Part shown: in pieces, positions 7,987-15,907 of the stretch
How the letters are laid out: every line of letters starts with the position of its first letter
Numbering within the stretch: the stretch's first letter is position 1
IMG/VR virus record: IMGVR_UViG_3300009093_000042
Coordinates: 64,001-101,913 of that record
From: a virus
Taxonomy: Duplodnaviria > Heunggongvirae > Uroviricota > Caudoviricetes
Strand: one strand, 5' to 3'
Length of the DNA: 37,913 bases
Program-made: the position numbers and the translations under genes
The notes under the pieces: model-generated
Seen by the model: the letters and a program-made list of their open reading frames with translations, nothing else
Told to the model about the DNA's origin: nothing
Database searches by the model: none

Positions 7987-8579
7987 TTCAGGGTCAGCGC
8001 GCCGTCGATGAATAATTGGTCCACGAAACAGAGTTCATCGTTGTCGATGACGATGGGGTTGACGCGACCACGGTGAGGAAAGACTTCCTGGCCAGCGTAC
8101 AGGTCGAGCTGAACGTCTTTGCCCATCTGCACCACACTGAAATGGGTGCTCTCCTTTTTGGCTTCTTCAGCAGTGTCAGGCACGATGATGATTTGATCCT
8201 TGGCTTTGCGCACCGTGGGGCGCAGCAGCGCGAAACGACCAGCAATGTGGAAATTTTCCAGCGCGATCACGTTTTTGTCGAGTTTGGCGATCACGTCGGC
8301 CACGTTCAAAAAGATGTGGATGACACCGCCGATTTCATGTGCAATCAATCCGGCTTGGTGCTGCGGGAGCTGGAACAGGACAATCTGTCCAGGCTGAAAT
8401 TCTTCCAGGGTGGATTCCCGGCCCTCGTAGCCGAATTTATCCAGACTTCCAGTGCATACGACTTCGGCGAGATCGTAGAGCTTGGACCGGCTGGCGGGCA
8501 GTTCGAGGCCGCCGCGCAGCTTGGCTTTTTCTTCGAGGCGTTTGACGGCTATTTTACCAGGAGCAAGTTTCAATTTCAT
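7983..8579 (-). CDS. groES: Tandem two-domain GroES/Cpn10 co-chaperonin (Cpn20-like)
   Basis: Domain 1: KIAVKRLEEKAKLRGGLELP..EVVCTG..FQPGQIVLF..IGGVIHIFLNVADVIAKL. Domain 2: IIIVPDTAEEAK..VVQMG..LYAGQEVF..IVIDNDELCFV. Each aligns by eye with GroES. Confidence 0.85.
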   Translation of the reverse strand: MKLKLAPGKIAVKRLEEKAKLRGGLELPASRSKLYDLAEVVCTGSLDKFGYEGRESTLEEFQPGQIVLFQLPQHQAGLIAHEIGGVIHIFLNVADVIAKLDKNVIALENFHIAGRFALLRPTVRKAKDQIIIVPDTAEEAKKESTHFSVVQMGKDVQLDLYAGQEVFPHRGRVNPIVIDNDELCFVDQLFIDGALTLK

Positions 8580-8597
8580 ATTTCTAAGAACAGGTCT

Positions 8598-8615
8598 TAA
8601 ATTGTTTACAATTTA
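8598..8615. promoter_or_regulatory. Operator-like inverted repeat TAAATTGT-TT-ACAATTTA, best copy of the dispersed WGTWWACW box
   Basis: Perfect 8-bp arms with 2-nt spacer, at the primase stop and upstream of the GroES gene. Confidence 0.6.
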
Positions 8616-9673
8616 TTTCCAGAGTGGGCTGCCACTCTCCGGCCATGGTCAGTTTCCGCGAGGTTGATTTTTACTTTTCTGGCTGTGGGTTTTGACCGGT
8701 TGTGGACCGCCGTGAGTCCGGCGATAACGTCGTCGTTTGCGTCGTTTGTTGTCCGAGCAGTACCATCAGGATTGATTCCCGGTGGCATGGCGGCCACGGT
8801 CATCGGCATGATCGAGTTGAGATTCAGAGCGGTTTCTTCGGCCAGGTGGGTCGAGTCGCTGTCGAACAACAGGCACCACTCTTTGACGTGCTTGTAGCGC
8901 AACATTTTGAACACCTGTGAGCGGGTGATGAAGTGGGTAAAGACGCATATCGGCATTGCGTATTCCAGGAGGTTTCCTTCACGCAGTTTCCGTTTCAGCG
9001 ACAGGTAGTTGAGGATGGATTCGACGATGATCACCAGTTCGATGGATGGGGTGCGCAGAGCGTCGAGGCCATAAATCCAGTAGCTGGCTCCGTACGGCAC
9101 GATTTTCTTGCTTGGGAATTTTTTGGTCTTGTCGAACCCTTCATCTGAGTACGTGCGTCCCTGGTAGTAAACCGTTCGCGGGCCTTCGCGCACCGGGAAG
9201 ATGCAGAATGGTTCCCACTCTCCTTCGCGGGTGAAACCGGCTCCGGCCTCCTCCAGGTCTTCGATGCCCAGGTGCTTGCGCTCAGCCATGTTTTTGCAGA
9301 ACTTCCAGTAACAGCTCTTTCGGTTTTCGATTAGCGGTAGGAACCCTGAAGGCAGTGGGACCTCTTGGATCGGAGTTAGAGCTTTTTCCGGCTTTTCCGC
9401 GAGGATTGTCCGCAGCTCGTCTGGCTCCAGGATGGCATTGTCTTCGAGGTCAATACCTAACAGGCGGAACAGGCTTTTTACGTGCCTCGGTTGAGTAGTT
9501 CTGCTGCAACGCCAGCAGTTTGTCCGCTGTGTCTTGAGGTTGATGGAGCGGTTACCGGTCAGGTCGCCACAGCCCGGCACCGGGCAGATGATCATCAATT
9601 CTTCACTGGTGGACCTCTCTTTGACCACTTGGAAGTTTGACGAAATTTCGATTTTAAGCCGGTCGGGACTCAT
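8606..9673 (-). CDS. DNA primase (zinc-binding domain plus TOPRIM; T4 gp61/DnaG-like)
   Basis: CPVPGC..NCWRC zinc ribbon, YYQGR, TOPRIM IIVES and LLFDSD motifs. Confidence 0.85.
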   Translation of the reverse strand: MSPDRLKIEISSNFQVVKERSTSEELMIICPVPGCGDLTGNRSINLKTQRTNCWRCSRTTQPRHVKSLFRLLGIDLEDNAILEPDELRTILAEKPEKALTPIQEVPLPSGFLPLIENRKSCYWKFCKNMAERKHLGIEDLEEAGAGFTREGEWEPFCIFPVREGPRTVYYQGRTYSDEGFDKTKKFPSKKIVPYGASYWIYGLDALRTPSIELVIIVESILNYLSLKRKLREGNLLEYAMPICVFTHFITRSQVFKMLRYKHVKEWCLLFDSDSTHLAEETALNLNSIMPMTVAAMPPGINPDGTARTTNDANDDVIAGLTAVHNRSKPTARKVKINLAETDHGRRVAAHSGNKL

Positions 9674-9689
9674 CAGTAGTTAGAACGTT

Positions 9690-9878
9690 ATGGATTTGAA
9701 TCAACACATTGATACGGCTCAGCAGTTCGCCGGAAATCAGCAGAAGCTCAGCATGGAACAGGACAACGCCAATAAGACTGCCTTCGCGCTGAGAATGATC
9801 GAACGCCTGCCGCAGGAGCCTACGGCTTCGGAGCCGCCGAAAATCCCTTCACTGGGCGCGCTGGCGATTCCGAACTAG
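9690..9878 (+). CDS. Hypothetical protein (62 aa)
   Basis: ORF divergent from primase across a 16-bp gap containing TAGTTA. Confidence 0.5.
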   Translation: MDLNQHIDTAQQFAGNQQKLSMEQDNANKTAFALRMIERLPQEPTASEPPKIPSLGALAIPN

Positions 9879-9934
9879 GGAAGTAGGTCCAGTCGTCGAG
9901 GGTCACGACAAGCTTTGGTCGCCCAAGCAGGCGA

Positions 9935-10657
9935 TTAGTTCCCTGATTTAACTTGGAGGATGTCTTCAGCGTAGAAGATGGACTCAATCTGCAAGAGTTT
10001 GGCTGATTCATAGGTCAGTTCAGTTGTCTTGAAAGAACTGAGCCAGCAGTTTACCAGTCGGAACCTCAAAGAGTATTCCAGATCGTTTGACACGGCTTCC
10101 GAGGCGGTACGGAAAGAAGTGGCCGTGGACGCCGGTGTCACCTGTGGGTTGGAGGACCCGCGCAGGAAATTCACTCGGACATCGAAGGCATAATTCATCG
10201 AGTAATTTTCGTTCAGGGTGATGGCGTACTCGCTAGACATCTGTCCGCGCCCGGCGCGCACCACGGCGCGCCAAGCTTCCAGCATCTGGTAAAGGTCAGA
10301 CTGAAATGGGTTTACCGCGCTGCCACCGGTTTTGTAGCAGTCCAGCCAGAAGACCACGCGGATCGCGTCGAGCGGATCGTCCCAGGACGGCATCTGGTAG
10401 GGCCGGGAATCTCTCCTGACCGGCTCTGCGCGCACTTTGAGTTCTGGCATGGAGACCGAGGCCGCGTAGTAGGTGGACAGCTTCATCGGCACGTACGGCG
10501 CTGTTACGCCGGTGCTCATGGCCCCGGTGTCAGTCAGAGTGGAATCCAAATTGGCGAGCACGTGGTTGAAGTCAATCACCCAGAGGTCTGAGCGTTGAGC
10601 GTCAACGCCTTTTTCCCGGCCCCAGGTGTTGATCTGGTCATTGATAATTCTCGCCAT
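9935..10657 (-). CDS. Tail-tube-like baseplate protein (gp19/gp54-type paralog)
   Basis: N-terminus MAR..NTWG..DAQRSDLW matches the tube gene MAR..NTFG..DLQRQDLF; SVSMPEL and LVNCWLSSF..LTY are tube-fold motifs. Confidence 0.75.
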   Translation of the reverse strand: MARIINDQINTWGREKGVDAQRSDLWVIDFNHVLANLDSTLTDTGAMSTGVTAPYVPMKLSTYYAASVSMPELKVRAEPVRRDSRPYQMPSWDDPLDAIRVVFWLDCYKTGGSAVNPFQSDLYQMLEAWRAVVRAGRGQMSSEYAITLNENYSMNYAFDVRVNFLRGSSNPQVTPASTATSFRTASEAVSNDLEYSLRFRLVNCWLSSFKTTELTYESAKLLQIESIFYAEDILQVKSGN

Positions 10658-10661
10658 GCAG

Positions 10662-10667
10662 TAACTA
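10662..10667. promoter_or_regulatory. Strand-symmetric TANNTA element, putative late promoter serving two divergent genes
   Basis: CAT-gcag-TAACTA-cgtt-ATG: exactly 4 nt from each start codon. Confidence 0.6.
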
Positions 10668-10671
10668 CGTT

Positions 10672-11787
10672 ATGGACTTAAACGCGACATTTTGCGGAAC
10701 AGTCGAGGATAATAAAGACCCTGAAAAACTGGGCCGTTTGAAAGTCCGTGTCCCGTTGGTCTATGGCTGCGTGGGTGGATTTTTCGGTGCGATCACGACA
10801 AATGACCTTCCATGGGCGCTTCCAGCCGGTCTTCCGAATGGTCTCAGCCAGCAAAGCGGCGGCGCTGACTGGACACCTGAGATCGGGGACCAGGTGCTTG
10901 TCCGTTTTCTTGACGGCGAGCCGGAGAAACCGATCTGGGAGTGGTTCATGCAGACGCAGGCCGCCGCTGAGGACTTCCAGCTTCATGCCTATAACACCAA
11001 CGCCAATGGCAGCGTAGGCGGTCCCAAGCGTGGGGCCTGGGTGCGCTACGGCCACACGCTGGAGTGGAACAAGGACGGCGTGATCATGACCACCAGCAAG
11101 GGTTATCGCGTGCTCTTGACGGATGCGAGCAGCGCTGGAAACGATGGCGACATCACCATTGAGACCCAGGCAGGCCAGTTCCTGGAGTTTGACGATTCGG
11201 TCAATGGCGGCACGATGAACGTCAACGAGGACTTCCAGATGAACATCGGGAAGCAGCTCCTGGCTCTGTGTGACAGCATCAGCCTTCAGTCCCAGGGAAA
11301 TGAGATCGAGTTCATCAGTGGAAAATACCTCTCCATCGAGACTCAGACTGATCTCAAGGGCACCGTCCACCAGGACTGGACCATGGGCGTGGACGGGAAA
11401 ACGAATTTTACGCTGACTGGTGATTATGCCTTGACCGGTTCAGGCAAGGTCTCGATGTCGGCGGCGGCAGACCTGGTGCTCAGCTCCACCCAGAATACCA
11501 CCATTAAAGCTACAGGCACGCTCGGGATCAGCAGCGCGGCCCAGATGAATATCCAGTCTCAGATCGACATGAATCTGGCGTTTACCCGGTTGGTGCTCGG
11601 CCAGGGAGCGTCTTCGCCGTTTGTTTTGGGAGACCAGTTGCTGGCGTATCTCGAACAAATGGTGACCATTCTGCTGACGCACACGCACACCGGCGTTACC
11701 TCGGGCGGCAGCAGCACCGGTCCCATGGTGCCTCCACTGACACTGCCGACGCCTGCCTTGCTCAGCCAGATTATCGTCGGAAAATAG
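10672..11787 (+). CDS. Baseplate central spike (gp5/gpV/VgrG-like OB fold plus beta-helix)
   Basis: GTVEDNKDPEKLGRLKVRVP and PEIGDQVLVRFLDGEPEKPIW OB-fold motifs; C-terminal HTHTGVTSG apex motif. Confidence 0.9.
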   Translation: MDLNATFCGTVEDNKDPEKLGRLKVRVPLVYGCVGGFFGAITTNDLPWALPAGLPNGLSQQSGGADWTPEIGDQVLVRFLDGEPEKPIWEWFMQTQAAAEDFQLHAYNTNANGSVGGPKRGAWVRYGHTLEWNKDGVIMTTSKGYRVLLTDASSAGNDGDITIETQAGQFLEFDDSVNGGTMNVNEDFQMNIGKQLLALCDSISLQSQGNEIEFISGKYLSIETQTDLKGTVHQDWTMGVDGKTNFTLTGDYALTGSGKVSMSAAADLVLSSTQNTTIKATGTLGISSAAQMNIQSQIDMNLAFTRLVLGQGASSPFVLGDQLLAYLEQMVTILLTHTHTGVTSGGSSTGPMVPPLTLPTPALLSQIIVGK

Positions 11788-11815
11788 TTTACAAAGTTTT
11801 TCCGTTCTACTCGCT

Positions 11816-12670
11816 ATGCCGTTTCAATCGAAATTAAAAGATTTGAGGCCGCGCAGGTTGCAGTTCCAAAAGCGCATCACACTGCTCTCGCACGGATTCA
11901 CCAAGCCCGATTCGTTTCCGAACGGGGAAATCACGGTCTTTCCGTGGGATACTGACGTTGACGACTGGTTGTTCGAGCGCATGAAGAAAGGCGACCAGCA
12001 CATGGTCATGTACGACATGGCCGCCAAAGTGTGCGATCTAAACGGCTGCCCGCTGGACAACTTCATCGTCGGCGACATAAGCACGGTGCTCCTGGTCTCG
12101 CGGTCGTTGCGCTACAACAGCGTGATCGAATACGATGCCGAGTGCCCGCATTGTAGCTTCAAGTCGTTCGAATCCATCCGGGTTCCTGACGAGCTTGGGC
12201 GCATTGGCGAAAAGTCTGCGGACTATCCCGGCTTTGATGAGATCACTTTGCCGGATTGTCAGGACGTGGTGCGAATCCGCCCGCTGCGCGTGCGCGATGA
12301 ACGCAATATCTCCGACCGCGATGAGGCTTCCCGCGCCATGATGACGGACCATGTGGCGCGCATCTTGACTGGTATCGTCACGATCAACGAAGGCACACCT
12401 TCAGCCCTGGAGGAAGTGCTGCGCTGGTGGCAGGCAATTTCACCGCGTGATTGCGCCTTCCTGGAATCAGAGCAAAAACGGTTGTCGCCGGTACTCGACT
12501 CGGACATCCCGCATGTCTGTGATCGGTGTTCGAAGAAATTCGTACACACGATAGAATTCAGCAAAGACTTTTTTCGTCCGAGCCTCAAGCCAGTCCAAGG
12601 AAATAAGGTTGAAGCAGATGTTCGACCTGGCCTGGAACAGCGAGGGGCGACTGACATTCAATCTAAGTGA
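11816..12670 (+). CDS. Baseplate hub/tail assembly chaperone (T4 gp26-like)
   Basis: GDISTVLLVSRSLRY..AECPHC..RIRPLRVRDE..HVCDRC..EFSKDFF fits gp26-type chaperones, which end near FF. Confidence 0.7.
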   Translation: MPFQSKLKDLRPRRLQFQKRITLLSHGFTKPDSFPNGEITVFPWDTDVDDWLFERMKKGDQHMVMYDMAAKVCDLNGCPLDNFIVGDISTVLLVSRSLRYNSVIEYDAECPHCSFKSFESIRVPDELGRIGEKSADYPGFDEITLPDCQDVVRIRPLRVRDERNISDRDEASRAMMTDHVARILTGIVTINEGTPSALEEVLRWWQAISPRDCAFLESEQKRLSPVLDSDIPHVCDRCSKKFVHTIEFSKDFFRPSLKPVQGNKVEADVRPGLEQRGATDIQSK

Positions 12671-12752
12671 CGTGCCCGACCGCTATCTGGACTTGGTCGT
12701 CGAATGGGCGAACGAGCGGATAGAGGCGGAAAACGAGCAGGCAAAGGCATGA
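12618..12752 (+). CDS. gp51-like chaperone segment (separate small gene or frameshift extension of the gp26-like gene)
   Basis: Not in the ORF track. MFDLAWNSEGRLTFNLSDVPDRYLDLVVEWANERIEAENEQAKA; its TGA overlaps the next ATG (ATGA 12749-12752). Confidence 0.65.
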   Translation: MFDLAWNSEGRLTFNLSDVPDRYLDLVVEWANERIEAENEQAKA

Positions 12753-13639
12753 CAGACTTATTAGTCGATGGGAATTCCTTGTTTGCGCAGTGCTGGTACG
12801 CCGTAAAGGAGGACCCAGACGAAGCGCTCCGTCTGTGCGTGACCGCGACGCTTCGTCTGCTGGATCAGGGGCACGATGGCCGCATCAAAGTGCCGATTCA
12901 CCGCACGCTCTTTGGGTGGGACGGCAAGGCCAAGACGAACAAGAACCGTGCTCCCAAGCCAAAGGCTTATATCGACACGCGCTTCCGGTTTCAGGAGGTC
13001 CTGTTGTCGTTGTTCAATACTGTCCACGGTTATCACGCCGAGTACGAGGCGGATGATGTCGTGGCCACGGCAGCGTACGCGAGCAAGGCTGAGCGTGTTT
13101 TCATCGCCAGTGGGGACAAAGACCTCATGCAGCTCCAGGGTGGAAACGTTTTCTACTACGATCTCAATGAGAAAGTGGTGACTCCGGCCCGCAAGATTTG
13201 CGCTAAGTTTTCGATCAAGAAGCCCTGTCAGATTCCTCTCGCGCTGGCCATTATCGGTGACACGAGTGACGGCATCTCAGGAATTCCACGGTGGGGTCCA
13301 AAGAAGTCCGCGAAGCTGTTTGAGGCCGTCACGGAAGACATGGATTTCGCCCAGGCGTTGGAAGCCATCCAGAGCCAGATACCTGAAGGTCCATTGTTGG
13401 ACGCCTTCCTGGACTCGCTGGATAAGACTCTCCTGCATACGGATGTGCCGGATACTGCCGAGCCGTCGCCGTTGCGTTTCTACCTGGAGCCAGGCGTATT
13501 GGATGAACTGGACGGTGTGGCAGTCGCGTACGATCGCGTGGCGAGCCAATACGAAGACCGAGCTGCGGCCAACGATGAGATGCTTAGAGGTTCAAGATCG
13601 GGATCGCGCCGCCCGAGGCCCGATCAAAGTAACGAGTGA
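12749..13639 (+). CDS. 5'-3' exonuclease/flap endonuclease (T4 RNase H, PolA N-terminal domain-like)
   Basis: LLVDGNS, YEADDVVAT, IASGDKDLMQL and ALAIIGDTSDGISGIPRWGPK (H3TH) motifs; start set at ATG 12749. Confidence 0.92.
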   Translation: MTDLLVDGNSLFAQCWYAVKEDPDEALRLCVTATLRLLDQGHDGRIKVPIHRTLFGWDGKAKTNKNRAPKPKAYIDTRFRFQEVLLSLFNTVHGYHAEYEADDVVATAAYASKAERVFIASGDKDLMQLQGGNVFYYDLNEKVVTPARKICAKFSIKKPCQIPLALAIIGDTSDGISGIPRWGPKKSAKLFEAVTEDMDFAQALEAIQSQIPEGPLLDAFLDSLDKTLLHTDVPDTAEPSPLRFYLEPGVLDELDGVAVAYDRVASQYEDRAAANDEMLRGSRSGSRRPRPDQSNE

Positions 13640-13937
13640 TCGAGAATTCCAGGAACGCGCCGCCCGAGGCGTTGCCAATCATCTGCACTTTGGAGTTGCT
13701 GGAAGCCAGCTCAATCAGTTTCGTCTCATTGGCCTGGAGAGTGTTGTTGAAGTCACTTCCCGCCGAACCCATGTCCACCCAGGCGCTGCCATTCCATTCC
13801 TGGAACAGGTAGTTCATCGTGTTGACGCCGGAGTTTTTGATGATCGTGGCGGCGTCAATGGGCGCGGGCTGGATGATGGTGAACAACGTGGCCAGTGTTT
13901 CGCCGACGACTTGAGAATCAGTGACTTGGACGATCAT
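13584..13937 (-). CDS. Small beta-rich probable structural protein
   Basis: Last gene of the sheath-tube operon; aligns by eye with 6493..7110 and 22234..22755. Confidence 0.6.
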   Translation of the reverse strand: MIVQVTDSQVVGETLATLFTIIQPAPIDAATIIKNSGVNTMNYLFQEWNGSAWVDMGSAGSDFNNTLQANETKLIELASSNSKVQMIGNASGGAFLEFSITRYFDRASGGAIPILNL

Positions 13938-13940
13938 AAA

Positions 13941-14477
13941 TTAAAAGCGAATGCGCCAGGTTAAGGTTGGTGAAAAATCCGAGGTCTTGTTGATTCCCAC
14001 GCTGCGGATCATGCGCGCCATGAGCGTGCCGTTGCCAGAAAAGAGACCCATCTCGGTGAGTAGGTTGCCATTGGCGTCGCCCACAGCGATGGTGAAGCTG
14101 ACGCGCACGACAAAGGACGTGAGAAAATCAATGTTGGTGACGGGTGCTGTAGTGGCTCCGCCCTGAGATGCCAAGGTGACGGGTGAAAGCAGAGCCACGT
14201 CGGTCACTTGGGCTGGCACCAGGCTCGTGCCAACGCCGAACTGCTGGCAGGTATAGTTCTGGATCGGAGCGCGGAAACCGAAGGCGTAGCACATGAGCTG
14301 ACGGCCCTGGTCCACAAACAGGTTTTTACCAAGGCAGACTTCGTCCGCGCCGACACCCCAACCAGCGGGAGAACGTTGCGGGGCAATGAACCCGTAATCA
14401 CAAGCTTTGCGGAGCGACATTTTACTGCCGTCCGCAAGTGTGATCCCTGAAACGGTGACTAAACCTTTGGGTCGCAT
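13941..14477 (-). CDS. Baseplate/tail-collar fibre attachment protein
   Basis: True start MRPKGLV at 14477 (TAATG overlap). NLFVDQGR..FGVGT..GDANGNLLTEMGLF..INKTSDFSPTLTWRIRF matches the tail-collar fibre (DUF3751-like) pattern. Confidence 0.7.
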   Translation of the reverse strand: MRPKGLVTVSGITLADGSKMSLRKACDYGFIAPQRSPAGWGVGADEVCLGKNLFVDQGRQLMCYAFGFRAPIQNYTCQQFGVGTSLVPAQVTDVALLSPVTLASQGGATTAPVTNIDFLTSFVVRVSFTIAVGDANGNLLTEMGLFSGNGTLMARMIRSVGINKTSDFSPTLTWRIRF

Positions 14478-15289
14478 TAACGTTGACCAGGAGCGGGCAG
14501 GAGCTTGTCGGCCATTTCCTGGATGGCTTTGGACGGGTCTTTGGCGCTGTCCAATTTTTCCATGGAAGGCTGATTGCTCGCGTACGGGCCGCCTGAAAGA
14601 TATTTCGCCGGAGTGCCCAGGGCTTTGGTGCGCGGAGCAGCCGGATGACGGAAGCCCATGCGGCCAGCCGGAGCGGCACCAGGACGAGCCATCGGGGGTT
14701 TTCCACCCATGGCTCGCATCGGAGGCTTGCCGCCCATCGGGCGCATCGGAGGCATGGCATGTTCCTGCATGTCCTCTTTGCCTTCTTCCTTCTCGCCACC
14801 TTCGCCACCCTCGTCCTTTTTCTTGCCGAACTTGCCCTTGTTCTTGCAGAAGCCGCATTGGCAGCCCGCTTTGTGGCCACCTTCGCTGATGTCGGCCTGG
14901 GCGATCAGAGCAGCCACATCGACATCACCGTCACTGTCCAGGATGTCGCGGATGAGGTTTTCCTTCATCGCTTCCTTGCTGATCTTTTCGCCTTCGTCCT
15001 TGCTCTTGCCTTCGCCGCTGGTCTTGTAACCCGCCGAGCTGGTCGGATTATGGGACGGCGCTTTGGCGATGGGCGCGGGGATCGAAGTTTCGGACTTTTT
15101 GATGGCGTCCTTTTCGCCGCCATTTTTTTCGCCTTCGTCCTTGCTCTTGCCACTGCTCGGGGTCTTGTAACCTGCCGAGCTGGTGGGAGCATGGGAAGGA
15201 GACTTGGCCACGTCAGCGGTATCTTCAGCGACGCGGCGACGGCCATATTTGGCTTCGTCCAGAGAGGAGATGAATTCGTGTACTTTCAT
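14477..15289 (-). CDS. Low-complexity probable internal head protein with internal repeat and CxCxxC motif
   Basis: K/E/G/S/P-rich; duplicated PSH.PTSSAGYKT..GKSKDEGEK; HKAGCQCGFC; LDE and ISE protease-type sites. Confidence 0.6.
   Translation of the reverse strand: MKVHEFISSLDEAKYGRRRVAEDTADVAKSPSHAPTSSAGYKTPSSGKSKDEGEKNGGEKDAIKKSETSIPAPIAKAPSHNPTSSAGYKTSGEGKSKDEGEKISKEAMKENLIRDILDSDGDVDVAALIAQADISEGGHKAGCQCGFCKNKGKFGKKKDEGGEGGEKEEGKEDMQEHAMPPMRPMGGKPPMRAMGGKPPMARPGAAPAGRMGFRHPAAPRTKALGTPAKYLSGGPYASNQPSMEKLDSAKDPSKAIQEMADKLLPAPGQR
14985..15208. repeat. 83-bp imperfect direct repeat, two copies (14985-15067 and 15126-15208)
   Basis: Both copies read ttttcgccttcgtccttgctcttgcc..ggtcttgtaacc.gccgagctggt..atggga.gg...ttggc. 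Confidence 0.9.
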
Positions 15290-15293
15290 GTGA

Positions 15294-15902
15294 TTACGGG
15301 ATCGGAACGATCATGTTGTCGATGTTTTGTGGGTAATACCGGTCGATCTGGAGAGACAACTGGCAATCCACTTTTCCGCTCGTGGTCATGTCCGCGTCGG
15401 AGAACTTCAGTCCCTTCGGGAGACAGCCTTCCAAAGAGAAGATCAGGCCAGACTGCATGGTGTTCTGGCTGGTTTGCGCGTTGCCACGGATGTCAGCTTC
15501 CTGAGCAACCTGGTTGGGCACAATCCAGGTGAAATAACCGTTGGTCTTCACGACGCTGGTGAGACCTACACCGCCAGTGCGCGGGTTGCGGACGAGCCAC
15601 ATCCACTTTTCGAGAGCCTGGGCGGTGTTCTGACCGAACGCATACCGGATCGGCACTTCGACAGCCGGAGTGGGCGTGTCGCCACCGATCAGGTAGTTGG
15701 TCTGCTGCATGTACTTCACCCCGATGACTTCGATGCTGCGCTCGGGGAAAGGAAACTTCTCGACGGCGAACTCGACGTTCTCCGTCCAGTCCAATCCAAT
15801 CGCCTGCGGGAGGTTGATGGTGAACTTGAACAAGTCCTGGCGTTGCAGGTCCAGGCGGGAGTTCTGCGAGCCAAACGTGTTTTTGAATAGCATTCGTGCC
15901 AT
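15294..15902 (-). CDS. Tail tube protein (gp19-like)
   Basis: Directly after the sheath gene; FPFPERSIEVI, LEKWMWLV, LEGCLPKGLKFSDADM and LSLQIDR fit the tube fold. Confidence 0.88.
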   Translation of the reverse strand: MARMLFKNTFGSQNSRLDLQRQDLFKFTINLPQAIGLDWTENVEFAVEKFPFPERSIEVIGVKYMQQTNYLIGGDTPTPAVEVPIRYAFGQNTAQALEKWMWLVRNPRTGGVGLTSVVKTNGYFTWIVPNQVAQEADIRGNAQTSQNTMQSGLIFSLEGCLPKGLKFSDADMTTSGKVDCQLSLQIDRYYPQNIDNMIVPIP

Positions 15903-15907
15903 AAATC

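Noticed and set aside
8930-9050. Primase TOPRIM reads ESILN rather than EGxxD, suggesting inactivity
   Set aside because: The catalytic Glu and the DxD (FDSD) are intact, so this is not evidence of a pseudo-enzyme.
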